From assembly GCF_006345805.1 (NCBI RefSeq), contig NC_043000.1, positions 160,084,001 to 160,148,000 on the forward strand: a DNA stretch of 64,000 nucleotides. The letters run 5' to 3'. The position numbers were made by a program, and so were the translations under genes. The notes below the pieces were generated by a model that saw only the letters and a list, made by a program, of their open reading frames with translations, did no database searches and was not told where the DNA came from. Below are positions 13,334 through 25,452 of this stretch, piece by piece. Numbering within the stretch: the stretch's first letter is position 1; each line of letters begins with the position of its first letter. This stretch comes from Octopus sinensis (Eukaryota).

Positions 13334-13688
13334 GGAGTACGAATGGCCCAGTGGTTTGGGCAGCAGATTCGCGCTAATAGGATCGCGGTTTCGATTCCCA
13401 GACCAGGCATTGTGAGTGTTTATCTAGCGAAAACACGTAAAGCTTCACGAGTCTCCGGCGATGAACGCTGTTGTACTCTTTCACCGCAACTTTCCCTCAC
13501 TCTTTCTTCCTGTCTTTCAAAAAGCCAGTCTTGTCACACCCTGTGTCACGCTGAATCTCCCTGAGAACTACGTTAAGGGTACACGTCACTGTGGAGCGCT
13601 CAGCCACTCGCACATTAATTTCACGAGTAGGTTGTTCTGTTGATCGGATCAACTGGAACACTCGTCTTCGTAACCGACAGAGAGCCAC
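13334..13688 (+). mobile_element. tRNA-derived SINE, family C
   Basis: Colinear with 3011-3390, including gagaactacgttaa and gttgatcggatcaactggaa. Confidence 0.8.
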
Positions 13689-14904
13689 ACACAAACAACT
13701 AACAAATCTAGTATGAAATTATACCATCATTACAAACTTTTCCATGCGACCCCAGGTTTCAGCTGGTAGTTATCTTTTCCACCCAGAAAAGATTAAAGGC
13801 AAAATCAACCTCAGCAGCACTTGAACCCACAACATAAAGAGTCAGAACAAATGCTACTAAGTATTTTGCCCAGATAACTAACCCTTGTTTGCGTGTGTGT
13901 GGCGAATTCTATACATTTTTAGGAAAATTACAAGCGCAGAGGTCACGCCAATATATCTACAATTTAATTAAAATAACAAACATTACATTTACTTACCAAA
14001 TATCTTGTTATATAAACTTATTTAAAATATCTTTTTTATCAGTTCTCCATCTTTTTAGGGCTTATTCTTATTTATTAGTAATTGGTGGGTTGTCAGTATT
14101 ATCTCTCCATCTCCTTCGTTATTTCGTTCTTTTCATTCATTCATTTTATTCCCGACTCTTAGTGAATCTGTCAACAAATGTTACTTCACTAACTTTGTCA
14201 GTCCTGCATTCTTACCGAATTCCTTCCTTCTCCCTTACTCATTTTCTCTTTCTCTCCCTCTTTCTCTTCCCCTCTTTCATCTACTTTTTCGTTCATTCCT
14301 TCTTCCGTCTGATGTGACAAAAACATACTGTTTCTGTGAAAATGTGAAATATATATGGTGTTATGGCCATATGTGTAGCAATCACTTGCTCTTGAGTTCA
14401 ACTTAGTCTTCGGCAAGTGCAGTCTACCATAGTCTAGAAAAGATAGGAGACTTGAGAATGAAACTTGCTTGATGAAATTTGACAGAAAATCATGCGAAGA
14501 AGCGTACATAATCATACTCGATAGATTTAATTCATCGCTAGATTTAACACCAGAACATGGCCCTTGGCTAACTCCAGCGGTATCCACTCTAATGCGAGTA
14601 TTGAAACCGTCTTTGTTTTCGACATTGCTGATGCACACACACACACTCGCGCGCGCTCACACACACACATATAGAACAAAAAGGGGCTAATTAGGGATTA
14701 ATAATCCAGCTGAAATACATCTTAAGTTCTCTGCTGATAATAATACATCAGACTAACATAAAAGTCCATCTGCCAGAATATGAATCTTATAGCTTCAGTT
14801 ACTCAAAGGTCATGGAAACCTGAATAATCTCCAGCCTAATTAGACAGTAGACTCAAAATAAATTGGAATTTAACAACATTTTTGTAAAAGTATATAATAT
14901 CTCT

Positions 14905-14985
14905 TTTACTCTTTTACTTGTTTCAGTCATTTGACTGCGGCCATGATGGAACACTTACCACACATCCACTCCTGCGCCTATATAT
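14905..14985 (-). mobile_element. Internally deleted family A SINE (head fused to tail)
   Basis: Minus: taggcgcaggagtggatgtgtggtaag joined directly to tgttccatcatggccgcagtcaaatgactgaaacaagtaaaagag. Confidence 0.7.
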
Positions 14986-15007
14986 ATTCACTATATTTCT
15001 ATATTAA

Positions 15008-15624
15008 GGCGGCGAGCTGGCAGAATCGTTAGCACACTGGGGGAAATGCTTAGCGGTATTTCGTCTGCCGCTACGTTCTGAGTTCAAATTCCGCCGAGGT
15101 CGATTTTGCCTTTCATCCTTTCGGAGTCGATTAAATAAGTACCAGATACGCACTGGGGTCGATATAATCGACTTAATCCATTTGTCTGTCCTTGTTCGTC
15201 CACTCTGTGTTTAGCCCCTTGTGGGTAGTAAAGAAATAGGTATTTCGTCTGTCGTTACGTTCTGAGTTGAAATTCCGCCGAGGTCGACTTTGCCTTTCAT
15301 CCTTTCGGGGTCTCTAAATTAAGTACCATTTACGCACTGGGGTCGATATAATCGACTTGATCCCCCTTGACTGTCCTTGTTTGTCCCCTCTATGTTTAGC
15401 CCCTTGTGGGTAGTAAAGAAATAAGAGTCGTTAGCACGCCTGATGAAATGTTTAGCGGTATTTCGTCTGCCGCAACGTTCTGAGTTCAAATTCCGCCGAG
15501 GTCGATTTCACCCTTTCGGTGTCGCTTAAATAAATACCAGTTACTCACTGGAGTCCATGTAATCGACTTAATCGCTTTGTTTATTCCCTCTATCCGTAGG
15601 TCCCTGTAGGCAATAAAGAAATAA
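15008..15624 (+). mobile_element. Family B SINE as a head-to-tail array of three units (second and third 5' truncated)
   Basis: tatttcgtctg.cg..acgttctgagtt.aaattccgccgaggtcga recurs at about 15057, 15241 and 15459; each unit ends with taaagaaata. Confidence 0.85.
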
Positions 15625-15830
15625 ATATATTTCTATATTTTCTGACACTATAACTTCTAATAATATTGCTGAATGTAAATTTCTCTTCATTTCTTCTACA
15701 TCATTCTTTGTCACCCTTGTTTTTATTCTTATCCCTATATGCCACAATTGTTTTAAATTCTATCATTCAGTATGCTTTCTATTTCCTCCTATTTCCGTTT
15801 TATATATGTGTATATATATATATATATATA

Positions 15831-15878
<48 letters not shown>

Positions 15879-16019
15879 ATATACATATATATATATACAT
15901 ACATATATATATACATATATATATATACACACACACATATATATATATATAATTATATATATACATATATATACACACACACACACACTCACACACACAC
16001 ATATATAAATATATATATT

Positions 16020-16057
<38 letters not shown>

Positions 16058-16292
16058 AAGATAATGATAATATATTAATGCATGGCTCATTAAAGATCTA
16101 AGTAGAATCAACCGGGAGGGAATTAAAAAGCTGGGCTACTCAATGACGAATAATATTTTAATTAAAGCCTCTCTGCATTAAATATGTTAATATTAACTTA
16201 TCGCTTGCTTTTCATTAGTAGGACAGGAATAACTTCATTTCATGCAGGGAAAACAGATACAGGTATATATACATAGTACACGCAGACACACA

Positions 16293-16328
<36 letters not shown>

Positions 16329-16778
16329 AACACACACACACTCACACACACACACACAAACACACACACACGCCCGTACACGAGCTGTAACGATGTGTGT
16401 GTCTGTGTTTCCAAATAAAATGTAACGCTTTCATATTTTCTCCGAGGAAGATAATACTTAGGTTAATATTGAAATATTTTATGCAGAGAGCATTTAATTA
16501 AAATGATATTAGTTAATGAGAAGCCGAGCTTCTTGCTTCCCACTGAATTATTTAATTGTTTCTTCTTAATGCTCCATACATAAAATAGATTTCCGTTACC
16601 TTAATTAATGTGTTTATATGTGTGCGTGTGTGTGTGTGTGTGTTTGCGTGCGTGTGTATGTATGTATGTATGTATGTATGTATGTATGTATGTATGTATG
16701 TATGTATGTATGTATGTATGTATCTATCTATCCATCTGTCAATCAATCAATCTATCTATCTAAATCAGCTCGCGCACG

Positions 16779-16870
16779 AGGGGTTCGAATGTCCTGTCCA
16801 TGTTTATTGTATCGTCTTCTAAGAGTTATACGTTCTTGTCCATGTTGTATTTTTCTACATACCTTAACAT
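16779..16870 (+). repeat. About 90-bp direct repeat of 17610-17700
   Basis: gaggggttcga.tgtcctgtc.atgtttattgtatcgtcttctaagagttatacgttcttgtc.atgttgtatttttctacataccttaa occurs twice, about 830 bp apart. Confidence 0.85.
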
Positions 16871-17299
16871 ATATTCCAGGCGCCCCGTACCCCCTTTATC
16901 ATTAATGTGAACACATATTCTTAATAATTGGTACGACTCTCTGTTTGTCTCTCTCTCTCATTTTTACTTGATCTGTCCCCCTCTCTCTCTCTCTTTTCTC
17001 TCTATTCATCTTCTTTCCTCTGATCCTTTGGTCTAGTCTTCCACTACCCTCCTATTTCTTTGTCTCGCTCTGCACTCACAGGTCATTCTTCGACACCCAT
17101 CCCTTCTCCTCTCTGATTCCTTCTTTCTCTCTCTTTGTTGCGTTTTGTTCCCCTTTCTCTCTCTCTCTTCCTTTGCTTCTCTTTCTTTTCTTTTCCCTCT
17201 TCTCTGTCACGTGACTGTTGGCCGAAATCTGCCTTTCAGCTCCTGACCCTCGTCGTGTTAACATCGTTGTTTCTCGTCCGCCGCTATAAAGGCTTTTTC

Positions 17300-17695
17300 C
17301 AATGCGCCAGAGAAAAAATTTGTTTGCTTGTTATCAGTCGTAAGACACTTGTTGTTTTCACCGTTAATGCTTCTGTATTTCATGTTTTCGTATTCCATTA
17401 TGTTTTTTGTTTTTTTGTTTTTTTTATATCTGTCCCTTTTGCTGTCCTGGTGTTCGTATGCATTCGATCCTTCTTCCAGGAAATCTACGCTTCCAGCTTA
17501 GTTTTTCTAATGCTCGTTGCTTAGTTTTCTTGGAGGGCTGGCCGTGATCTAGTAATCTCAAGATTAATCAGCCGAAATTACTACGATGATCCGGTTCTTG
17601 ACTGAAGACTGAGGGGTTCGATTGTCCTGTCATGTTTATTGTATCGTCTTCTAAGAGTTATACGTTCTTGTCTATGTTGTATTTTTCTACATACC

Positions 17696-17700
<5 letters not shown>
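17300..17700 (+). mobile_element. Unclassified (TA)n-anchored repeat, possibly a Penelope-like terminal repeat
   Basis: Ends directly in (TA)n at 17700; its terminal 90 bp are duplicated at 16779; contains hammerhead-core-like words in unusual order. The 5' boundary is a guess. Confidence 0.4.
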
Positions 17701-17760
<60 letters not shown>

Positions 17761-18186
17761 ATGTAATAGGATATATATAAACTAGATAGGGCTGAAATCC
17801 AAGATGTGTCCTCTTCGCATTCCTGTGATTCAAATCCGTTGTTGAAAATTCTGGAAACATTAATTGCAGAGTAATTATATTTTAAAACTGCAGATCGAAA
17901 AAAATGCAGTGGTATTATTTATTCACCATTATTTATTCACAATCTTCATTTGTTAATAAGACTTACCAAATTTTACATGTAGGTTAAACGCAAGAAATTC
18001 TTCGCAGAGATTATTTGATTCGCCGCCAGAAAAAATTTGTAACACCGAATGAAACATGTCTAATATTGAATAGATAATACAAAATCCTTTTTCAACCTCC
18101 AGTTTTAATACGTGTGTATCTTTCTATCTCTCTTTCTCTTTCTCACTTTCTCTCTCTCTCTTTCTCTTCTCTCTCTCTCTCACTCT

Positions 18187-18240
<54 letters not shown>

Positions 18241-18242
18241 AG

Positions 18243-18502
18243 AACCCGTTCGGTCATGAATGACCCCGGGATTGCACCTAGAAAGTTGGCCTAGAAGGCA
18301 AGTTGTTTATGGAAGACTACCAATCGCCCATGCATACTAGACTTACCTCCCCACTGGGGACATTGCAACTCGTTGAGTGAGTTGGATCAACGTGAAATAA
18401 AGTGTCCTGCTCAAGAACACAACACGAAGACCGGTGCGGGATTCGAACACACTACATCACGATTGTGAGACTGACGCTCTAACCGCTGAGTCATGCGCCT
18501 TC
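18243..18502 (-). mobile_element. tRNA-derived SINE, family D
   Basis: Reverse complement starts gaaggcgcatgactcagcggttagagcgtc, with the gttgtgttcttgagcagg core as in 12561-12772. Confidence 0.8.
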
Positions 18503-19122
18503 TCTCTCCTACATCCACGCACACACACACAAGCGTGCGTATATACATATAAGTATGTATGCATGAATGAATAAGTGAATGTGTTACATTTGATCTTCGT
18601 TGCGTGAAAACGAAGCAGAGGACTTACCAATCTTGTAGAAATTTGACGTCCTGTACCCGTATATGCATATATATACACATATATATGTAGGCATGTACAT
18701 CTATGTGTACATATGCATATATATAATATATATATTAATCATATTATTATATGATCGAACGCCACGCATCCATCTCCAAGTAAATTTTATCTTATATACA
18801 TGTATAATATATATATATATATATCTATATACTCCATACATTGTTTGTGTGTATATATATATATATACACATACATACCAGCACACACAGAAACGTAGTC
18901 ACACACACACACACACACACATACGCATGGATATATAAATATGATTCAGGACGATTTGTGTGTGCATGATGTAAGTATATACATATATATATATATAATA
19001 TATATATATAATATATATATATATATATAGATATATATTTAATATATATATATATATATATCATAGATATAGATATTATGTATATATATATATATACATA
19101 TATACACATACAATTGTTACGT

Positions 19123-19177
<55 letters not shown>

Positions 19178-19178
19178 G

Positions 19179-19210
<32 letters not shown>

Positions 19211-19970
19211 ATATATAATATATATATATAATATTATATATATATATATTATATATATATTATATATATATATATATATATAATATATACGTATACATAT
19301 AGCCCTTACTAGCACATTCCTATTTCGCAGAGTCTTAAAGACTGCTGTATGAAATTATAAAAAAGACACTTGTTGACAACATCGCAATCCGAGAAAATTT
19401 AAAGATAACATCCAGACTTGATATCGCCGAAGCCATCTTAATTAATTTTTACCCCTGTCCTTCACCGAACCCGTGCGAACTATGGAAGGACAGTCTGAAA
19501 ATAGTAACATATATTCATTTAAAAAGAACCATATATAATGAGAAAATACGTTCTCCGAAGCTGTAATGGTAATGCCTTCCCACGCACGTTCATAAAACTG
19601 ATATAGACGTGTCATTCAAATGAGTAGTACATTCAATCTGAGTTCAAATCCTTTTCATCTGTGTTGCGAAATATTTCGTTTACCAATCTGTCGTGATAAA
19701 TGAATCTATCTCATAAGCGCGTCGTAACTGAGAGTTTATTTATAGAATTGCGTATTTAATAGCATAGACAACTATGTATGTATATATAGTAACAAATATG
19801 AATAGCAACATTTTATTTAACTTTTAAGAATATCTCCTCTCCCACCTTTTCTCTTCCTCTCTTTCTTTCTCTGTATCTCTCTGTACATACATATATAGGT
19901 GTGTGTGTGAATGTTTGCGTGTGTGTATATGTATATATATCCATGAATTTTTATATACATATATATATGT

Positions 19971-20005
<35 letters not shown>

Positions 20006-20798
20006 CGCATACTTATATGTATGCATGTATATATACATATATGTATGTACATATATTATCAAAGAGATAGAGATAGGGGAGCGAGGGAGAGAGAGAGAGG
20101 GGGAGAGAGAGAGAAACAGTCAGACAAACTGACAAACAGACAGATTCTTAGAAGTTCAATAAATTATTACAGTTCTTGCTTGTGAAAAGGTAATTTTATT
20201 ATATTTCGACTTCCATAATAATTACTATGTTCGATCTCTTAAAATGTTTGTGACTTGCACTCGTAATCTCTGATACATTGCCGCTTAGGCATAATTCAAA
20301 CATGCATTATAGAAGGTTGACGGAAATCATAAATGGTAAACTAAGGTAGCTCTACATTTGTTTGATAATGTGATTGATTAATGAAAGTCACTCCAATTTT
20401 GGGGACCTTAAACAGGTTGTAGTTCTTTCTTCCCTGTGTAAGGTTCTGAAAAAAGGGATGTGAAATGGAAAGAAGCTGATCGTAATAAATGGCAAACTCA
20501 TGCAAGAAACCGACCAGTAAGGTGAGATCTGATCATGTCATGCCAAATCCATGACCAGTCATAGTTGCGACGGCTGACAACAGATGCATATATATAAACT
20601 TTCGCACATTGCGAGACTTATAAAATATATGAAAACGCATTATATCAATTCAGTAACCTTTCACTAATTTGTAATCACTTACATGTATGCTTTTTTCTTT
20701 GAAACTGATTTAAGTTCTTAATGGAGTTTATGCTGCTCGTTAACAATGTGACAAGATACTTTGAGTTACGATAATTCCCGAGTCTGTAACTATATATA

Positions 20799-21022
20799 TT
20801 TCTTTACTACCCACAAGGGGCTAAACATAGAGGGGACAAACAAGGACAGACAAAGGGATTAAGTCGATTACATCGACCCAGTGCGAAACTGGTACTTTAT
20901 CGACCCCGAGGGAATGAAAGGTAAAGTCGACCTCGGCGGAATTTGAACTCAGAACGTATCGACAGACGAAATACCGCTAAGCATTTCGCCCGGCGGGCTA
21001 ACGTTTCTGCCAGCTCACCGTC
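20799..21022 (-). mobile_element. tRNA-derived SINE, family B
   Basis: Reverse complement colinear with 54612-54844. Confidence 0.85.
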
Positions 21023-21119
21023 TCCCGAGTTTGTAACTATATAATTAAGTTAAACTGTGCGCATATGTAGGGGTATGCATCAGCACCTATGTTCTGTGTG
21101 TTTGCCTCTTAGTACTTTA

Positions 21120-22010
21120 GGTGTTTATGTGTGCACATCATTACTTTTTGCATGTGACCGAATCTTTGTGTAGCCTGTCCCACTGGACGCATTTTTCAAT
21201 TCAATTAGTTTATGATCTCTTAATGCGGGCAGCCAATCTATTGTTTTGGGGGAAGACCGACGCCAAAATACTCCTAGTGCCCGAGAAGAGGAACATTAGA
21301 TAATATTCTCAGTAGCTATCTGAGGACTCTAGGAAAGGAATTCCACCGTTAAAAGTATGACAAAGTCTTGAAGAACTTTTGGACATCATAGGGAATACCG
21401 TCCACAGTGGGACTAACCATTGCAAACGCCTCGGCTCAACGTAGCATAGTCTCAACTTTGTGAGATCTGATATGAAGAAGTTGCCAACCGCCAGATATAC
21501 CTTCCCGAACCTACTTGCAATAGCATAATCGACCTGAAGGATCCAGAAACTGCCGGTTCAACATCACTAATGTCAGGGAAAGTCTTAATCTCAGTAAGTT
21601 CTAAGCAATTGGTTCTTTTAGAACTCTTCATTCCATGGGATGACTGCATTTAGAATGCGAATGACAGCAGCCGAAGGAAATATGCTGTACTGCTGGGACC
21701 GTGGCAAAACCATGTGCGGCAGACAGGATGTGATTCCAATGAGGCATGAAACATTGTTTAGCAAGCCAGTTTTTCTGCTGAGCTTAGATGCTGGGCATCT
21801 CACTGACCAGTATGTAGAAGACCATGAATTAGGCTATAGAAGAGGTTATCTCAAACTGGGTGTGGATGAGGAGATATGAGCTATGAAAGTGGTATCATAG
21901 TCAAGCCTGGGTGGGCAACCATAATGATGATGTGTGATTGTTGTAAAACTGGAAACCACCAATATTCTCAGGAAATGTCACTGTTGATCAGTACAGGTAT
22001 ATCACATGAT
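21120..22010 (+). mobile_element. Decayed HERO-like (R2-group, restriction-like endonuclease) non-LTR retrotransposon 3' portion
   Basis: Translated pieces IQLVYDLLMRAANLLFWGK, RGTLDNILSS...YDKVLK and KQLVLLELFIPWDDCI*NANDSSRRKY match the zinc-knuckle/RLE region order of HERO-type elements; followed by a 3' UTR-like segment also found at 28330-28470. Confidence 0.65.
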
Positions 22011-22157
22011 GATGTATGGAAAAATTGGTACGAGATATTACATCGTTAATTCGGTCTTCTCGTCATTATTAAGTTCGTCTCCAGCACACAAGTCAGAATG
22101 TCAACCGATTGGTAAAATTTATCCCCACTTAATATATAATATTTATCCCCACTTAAC

Positions 22158-22195
<38 letters not shown>

Positions 22196-22199
22196 TGTG

Positions 22200-22418
22200 T
22201 GTGTGTTTGTGTGTCTGTGTTTGTTTCCCTAGCACTGCTTGACAACCGATGCTGGTGTGTTTACGTCCCCGTCACTTAGCGGTTCGGCAAAAAGGGACCG
22301 ATAGAATAAGTACTGGGCATACAAAATGAATAAAGTCCCGGGGTCGAGTTGTTCGACTAAAGGTGGTGCTCCAGCATGGCAGCAGTCAAATGACTGAAAC
22401 AAGTAAAAGAGTAAAGAG

Positions 22419-22420
<2 letters not shown>
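22200..22420 (+). mobile_element. 3' half of a family A SINE
   Basis: gcttgacaaccgatgctggtgtgtttacgtccccgtcacttagcggttcggcaaaa ... ggtggtgctccagcatggcagcagtcaaatgactgaaacaagtaaaagag. Confidence 0.85.
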
Positions 22421-22462
<42 letters not shown>

Positions 22463-22465
<3 letters not shown>

Positions 22466-23007
22466 CTATACAATATGTTACATTACTCGGTAGTCAAGAT
22501 AAAACTCTGAGTTTCAGATGCCGAAGTGGAAATCCACAACACCATCTCTTCGGTTATCTGGCTACTTGAAAACGTTATGAAAAAATACCGTTAAAAATGA
22601 AGGGAAATTACTCTGTTATAACTCTGCTTTGCCTGCGTACTTATACATCGCTCGCATTTTTCGTCATAAAAATTATATAAAAATACATAAAAATATATAA
22701 AATCTTTTATATATTTTTATGTATTTTTATATAATTTTTATGACGAAAAATGCGAGCGATGTATAAGTACGCAGGCAAAGCAGAGTTATAACAGAGTAAT
22801 TTCCCTTCATTTTTAACGGTATTTTTTCATAACGTTTTCAAATAGCCAGATAACCGAAGAGATGGTGTTGTGGATTTCCACTTCGGCATCTGAAACTCAG
22901 AGTTTTATCTTGACTACCGAGTAATGTAACATATTGTATAGATAAATTTCCTCTATTTACATAATTATTGAGGTCTCTTTCTTTCTTTTGTTATCTTACC
23001 GTTTTAT

Positions 23008-23010
<3 letters not shown>
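22463..23010. mobile_element. Fold-back element: 240-bp inverted arms (22463-22702 / 22705-22944), right copy extending to (TA)n
   Basis: Direct comparison shows one mismatch (22565 C vs 22842 A) and a 2-nt spacer (tc); homologous to 2352-2530; TA-rich runs on both flanks. Confidence 0.9.
22848..22910 (+). ncRNA. Variant type I hammerhead-like motif (mirror copy at 22497-22559, minus)
   Basis: agataa CCGAAGA gatg...catc t GAAAC tcaga GTT ttatct; 6-bp stem I and near-palindromic actc-a-gagt stem III, but a U4C core, one extra nucleotide before GAAA and a GUU triplet. Confidence 0.4.
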
Positions 23011-23043
<33 letters not shown>

Positions 23044-23814
23044 TCTTTACTCTTTTACTTGTTTCAGTCATTTGACTGCTGCCATGCTGGAGCACCACCT
23101 TTAGTCGAACAATATATATATATATCGATATATATATATCCCCATTTAATATATATCTTTAACCTCACGGGATTAATAATGTCTTATCACCAGATTATTT
23201 CATTTCGTCATCCTAGCTTCAGAAGTTATTGTCTGTTTTGGGTTCACTACTAATTGCTCCTAGAAAAAAGTTAATTGCTTCATAACTCAAAGACGAGAGT
23301 ATTTATTGAGTTAATGATTTGAGTGGTTCTTCGTATTTTTCGCACAGCTTTATTTTTAATTCAATAAATTAAAAGGTAACGTAAAAAACGTTTCTAAGCT
23401 TTAGAAAAATTAACGATGTTAAAGACTCGAAAATCAAAAATCTTGAATTCTTCTATGATGAATATAGTGATCAAAACCATACTGCAAAAATATATCCAGG
23501 TAAAAAACAAAACAACCAGAAGTAGACATACAAGTATCACCACTCACATTAGATATGTGATAAACAATATTTTGAATGAAAATTATCAACCTGAAGGATA
23601 ATGTTCATAATCTGAAAATTTAAACTCTCAATGAATTCTTTAGTTTTTCATTTTTATTTTTAATTTACAGATAAATTTAACAAAATATTAAATAAATAAA
23701 TGTTTGTTGTCTATTATTAACATAACCATGTACAGTCTCTACGTATCAACTCACGTAGATTTGCTTGTTTCCATGTGTTCAGTAAAATAAAAGAAAAGCA
23801 CTGAAGGAAAAATA

Positions 23815-24037
23815 TTCTTTTCTACTCTAGCACAAGGCCCGAATTTTTTTTTTTTTAGGGGGGGGGGGTGCAGTCCATTACATCGACCCCAGTACGCAAC
23901 TGGTATTTAATTCATCAGCCCCGAAAGGATAATAGGTAAAGTCGACCTCGGCGGAAATTGAACTCAGAACGTAAAGACACGAAATACCGCTAAACATATC
24001 GTCTACCATGTTAATGATTCTGCCAGCTCGCTGTCTT
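23815..24037 (-). mobile_element. tRNA-derived SINE, family B variant
   Basis: catcgaccccagtacgcaactggta ... gtcgacctcggcggaa.ttgaactcagaacg ... ctgccagctcgc. Confidence 0.75.
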
Positions 24038-24667
24038 ACAAAAGAACGAAATTTTTGCCAGAATAAGGATGTTTCTTTTTAAATACATCTTATAGTGTTG
24101 TTTTCTTTTACTTTTACTTTTCCGTTCTGCGTTCCAGTTTTCATTTCTTACTTCTCAGTATCAAATAAAATATCAATAAATGTTGTAAACCGTAAATCAT
24201 ATAAAACAAATGCGTGCGTGCACAAACACATACACATAGTCATATAAGCACATAAACCCTTATAGTTATGCATCAGTTTATAATCTTTATAACCTAGCTG
24301 ACAGAAATGACCATGAAGGAATTAACCAGTGACCTATTAACCGACATCAATAAATTATGACGAGGTAAGCCCGTAGTGAAAGAGCCGGGCGTCTTATATA
24401 GACACCATTACCGAGATAATAAGAACGGAGTAGAACGATAAAGCCCAATGTGTAGTACAGGTACACTGTTAAAATACCTCAGCCCATGGATTCCTAGAAA
24501 TCACAACATTCTCGTTCACTCCATAAAATAGTCGGAGCATATGATAAACGCGAGTGGCCATAATTTAGATCGTTGGATCAAAAAGAAAAAGAAAAACAAA
24601 ACAATTTTCGGAAATTAATGATCAACTATGAAGTTTGTCTGTATGTATATATGTCTGTGTGTGTGTA

Positions 24668-24707
<40 letters not shown>

Positions 24708-24712
<5 letters not shown>

Positions 24713-25005
24713 TAAGCGTCCACTTCAAGCCTAGCCAGGCTCATGGGCCCGATTTGTATGGCGTATTTGTTCCCCCCAGCTGAACGGGACGCCAGTCCAT
24801 CGCAGCGTTACTCAAGAAACAGGAAGAAAGAGTGAGAGAAAGTTGGAGCGAAAAGGTACAACAGGGTCGCCACCATCCTCTGTCGGAGCATCGTGGAGCT
24901 TTAGGTGTTTTCGCTCAATAAACACATACAACGCTCTGTCTGGGAACCGAAACTGCGATCCCCCGTCCGCGAGTCCGCTGCCCTAACCACTGGGCCATTG
25001 CGCCT

Positions 25006-25007
<2 letters not shown>
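24708..25007 (-). mobile_element. tRNA-derived SINE with a family C head and a different tail
   Basis: Reverse complement ggaggcgcaatggcccagtggttagggcagcggactcgcg ... ttgagcgaaaacacctaaagctccacga; diverges from 3011/13334 after about 190 nt. Confidence 0.75.
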
Positions 25008-25076
<69 letters not shown>

Positions 25077-25080
25077 ATAT

Positions 25081-25372
25081 ATATTTCGGAATGGTCATAT
25101 TGCCAGTTTAGCCAATAAATACACACGCACTATATATTTGGTGTTATTTTGCTTCAGTGATATTTATTTTTTACATTAATCTTAATCTTATTTCGGCCGA
25201 AATAAGATTAAAATAATGTGAAAAATAAATATCACTGAAGCAAAATAACACCAAATATATAGTGCGTGTGTATTTATTGGCTAAACTGGCAATATGACCA
25301 TTCCGAAATATAACAATATCTGTTTCAACACACGACTTCACATAAAAAATCTTGCACAACAAATATTTAAAC

Positions 25373-25375
<3 letters not shown>
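25081..25375. mobile_element. Spacer-less fold-back element (about 116-bp arms centred on cgg|ccg at 25196/25197), right copy extending to (TA)n
   Basis: 25081-25196 is the reverse complement of 25197-25311 apart from a few differences near the centre; (TA)n on both flanks. Confidence 0.85.

Positions 25376-25452
<77 letters not shown>

Noticed and set aside
15008-15624. CRISPR-like or other prokaryotic repeat-spacer array
   Set aside because: The units are about 190-230-bp SINE copies without unique spacers, in eukaryotic context; no cas genes.
23416-23601. Coding-looking AT-rich stretch (DSKIKNLEFFYDEYSDQ in one frame)
   Set aside because: Short, closed by stops and with no recognisable family.
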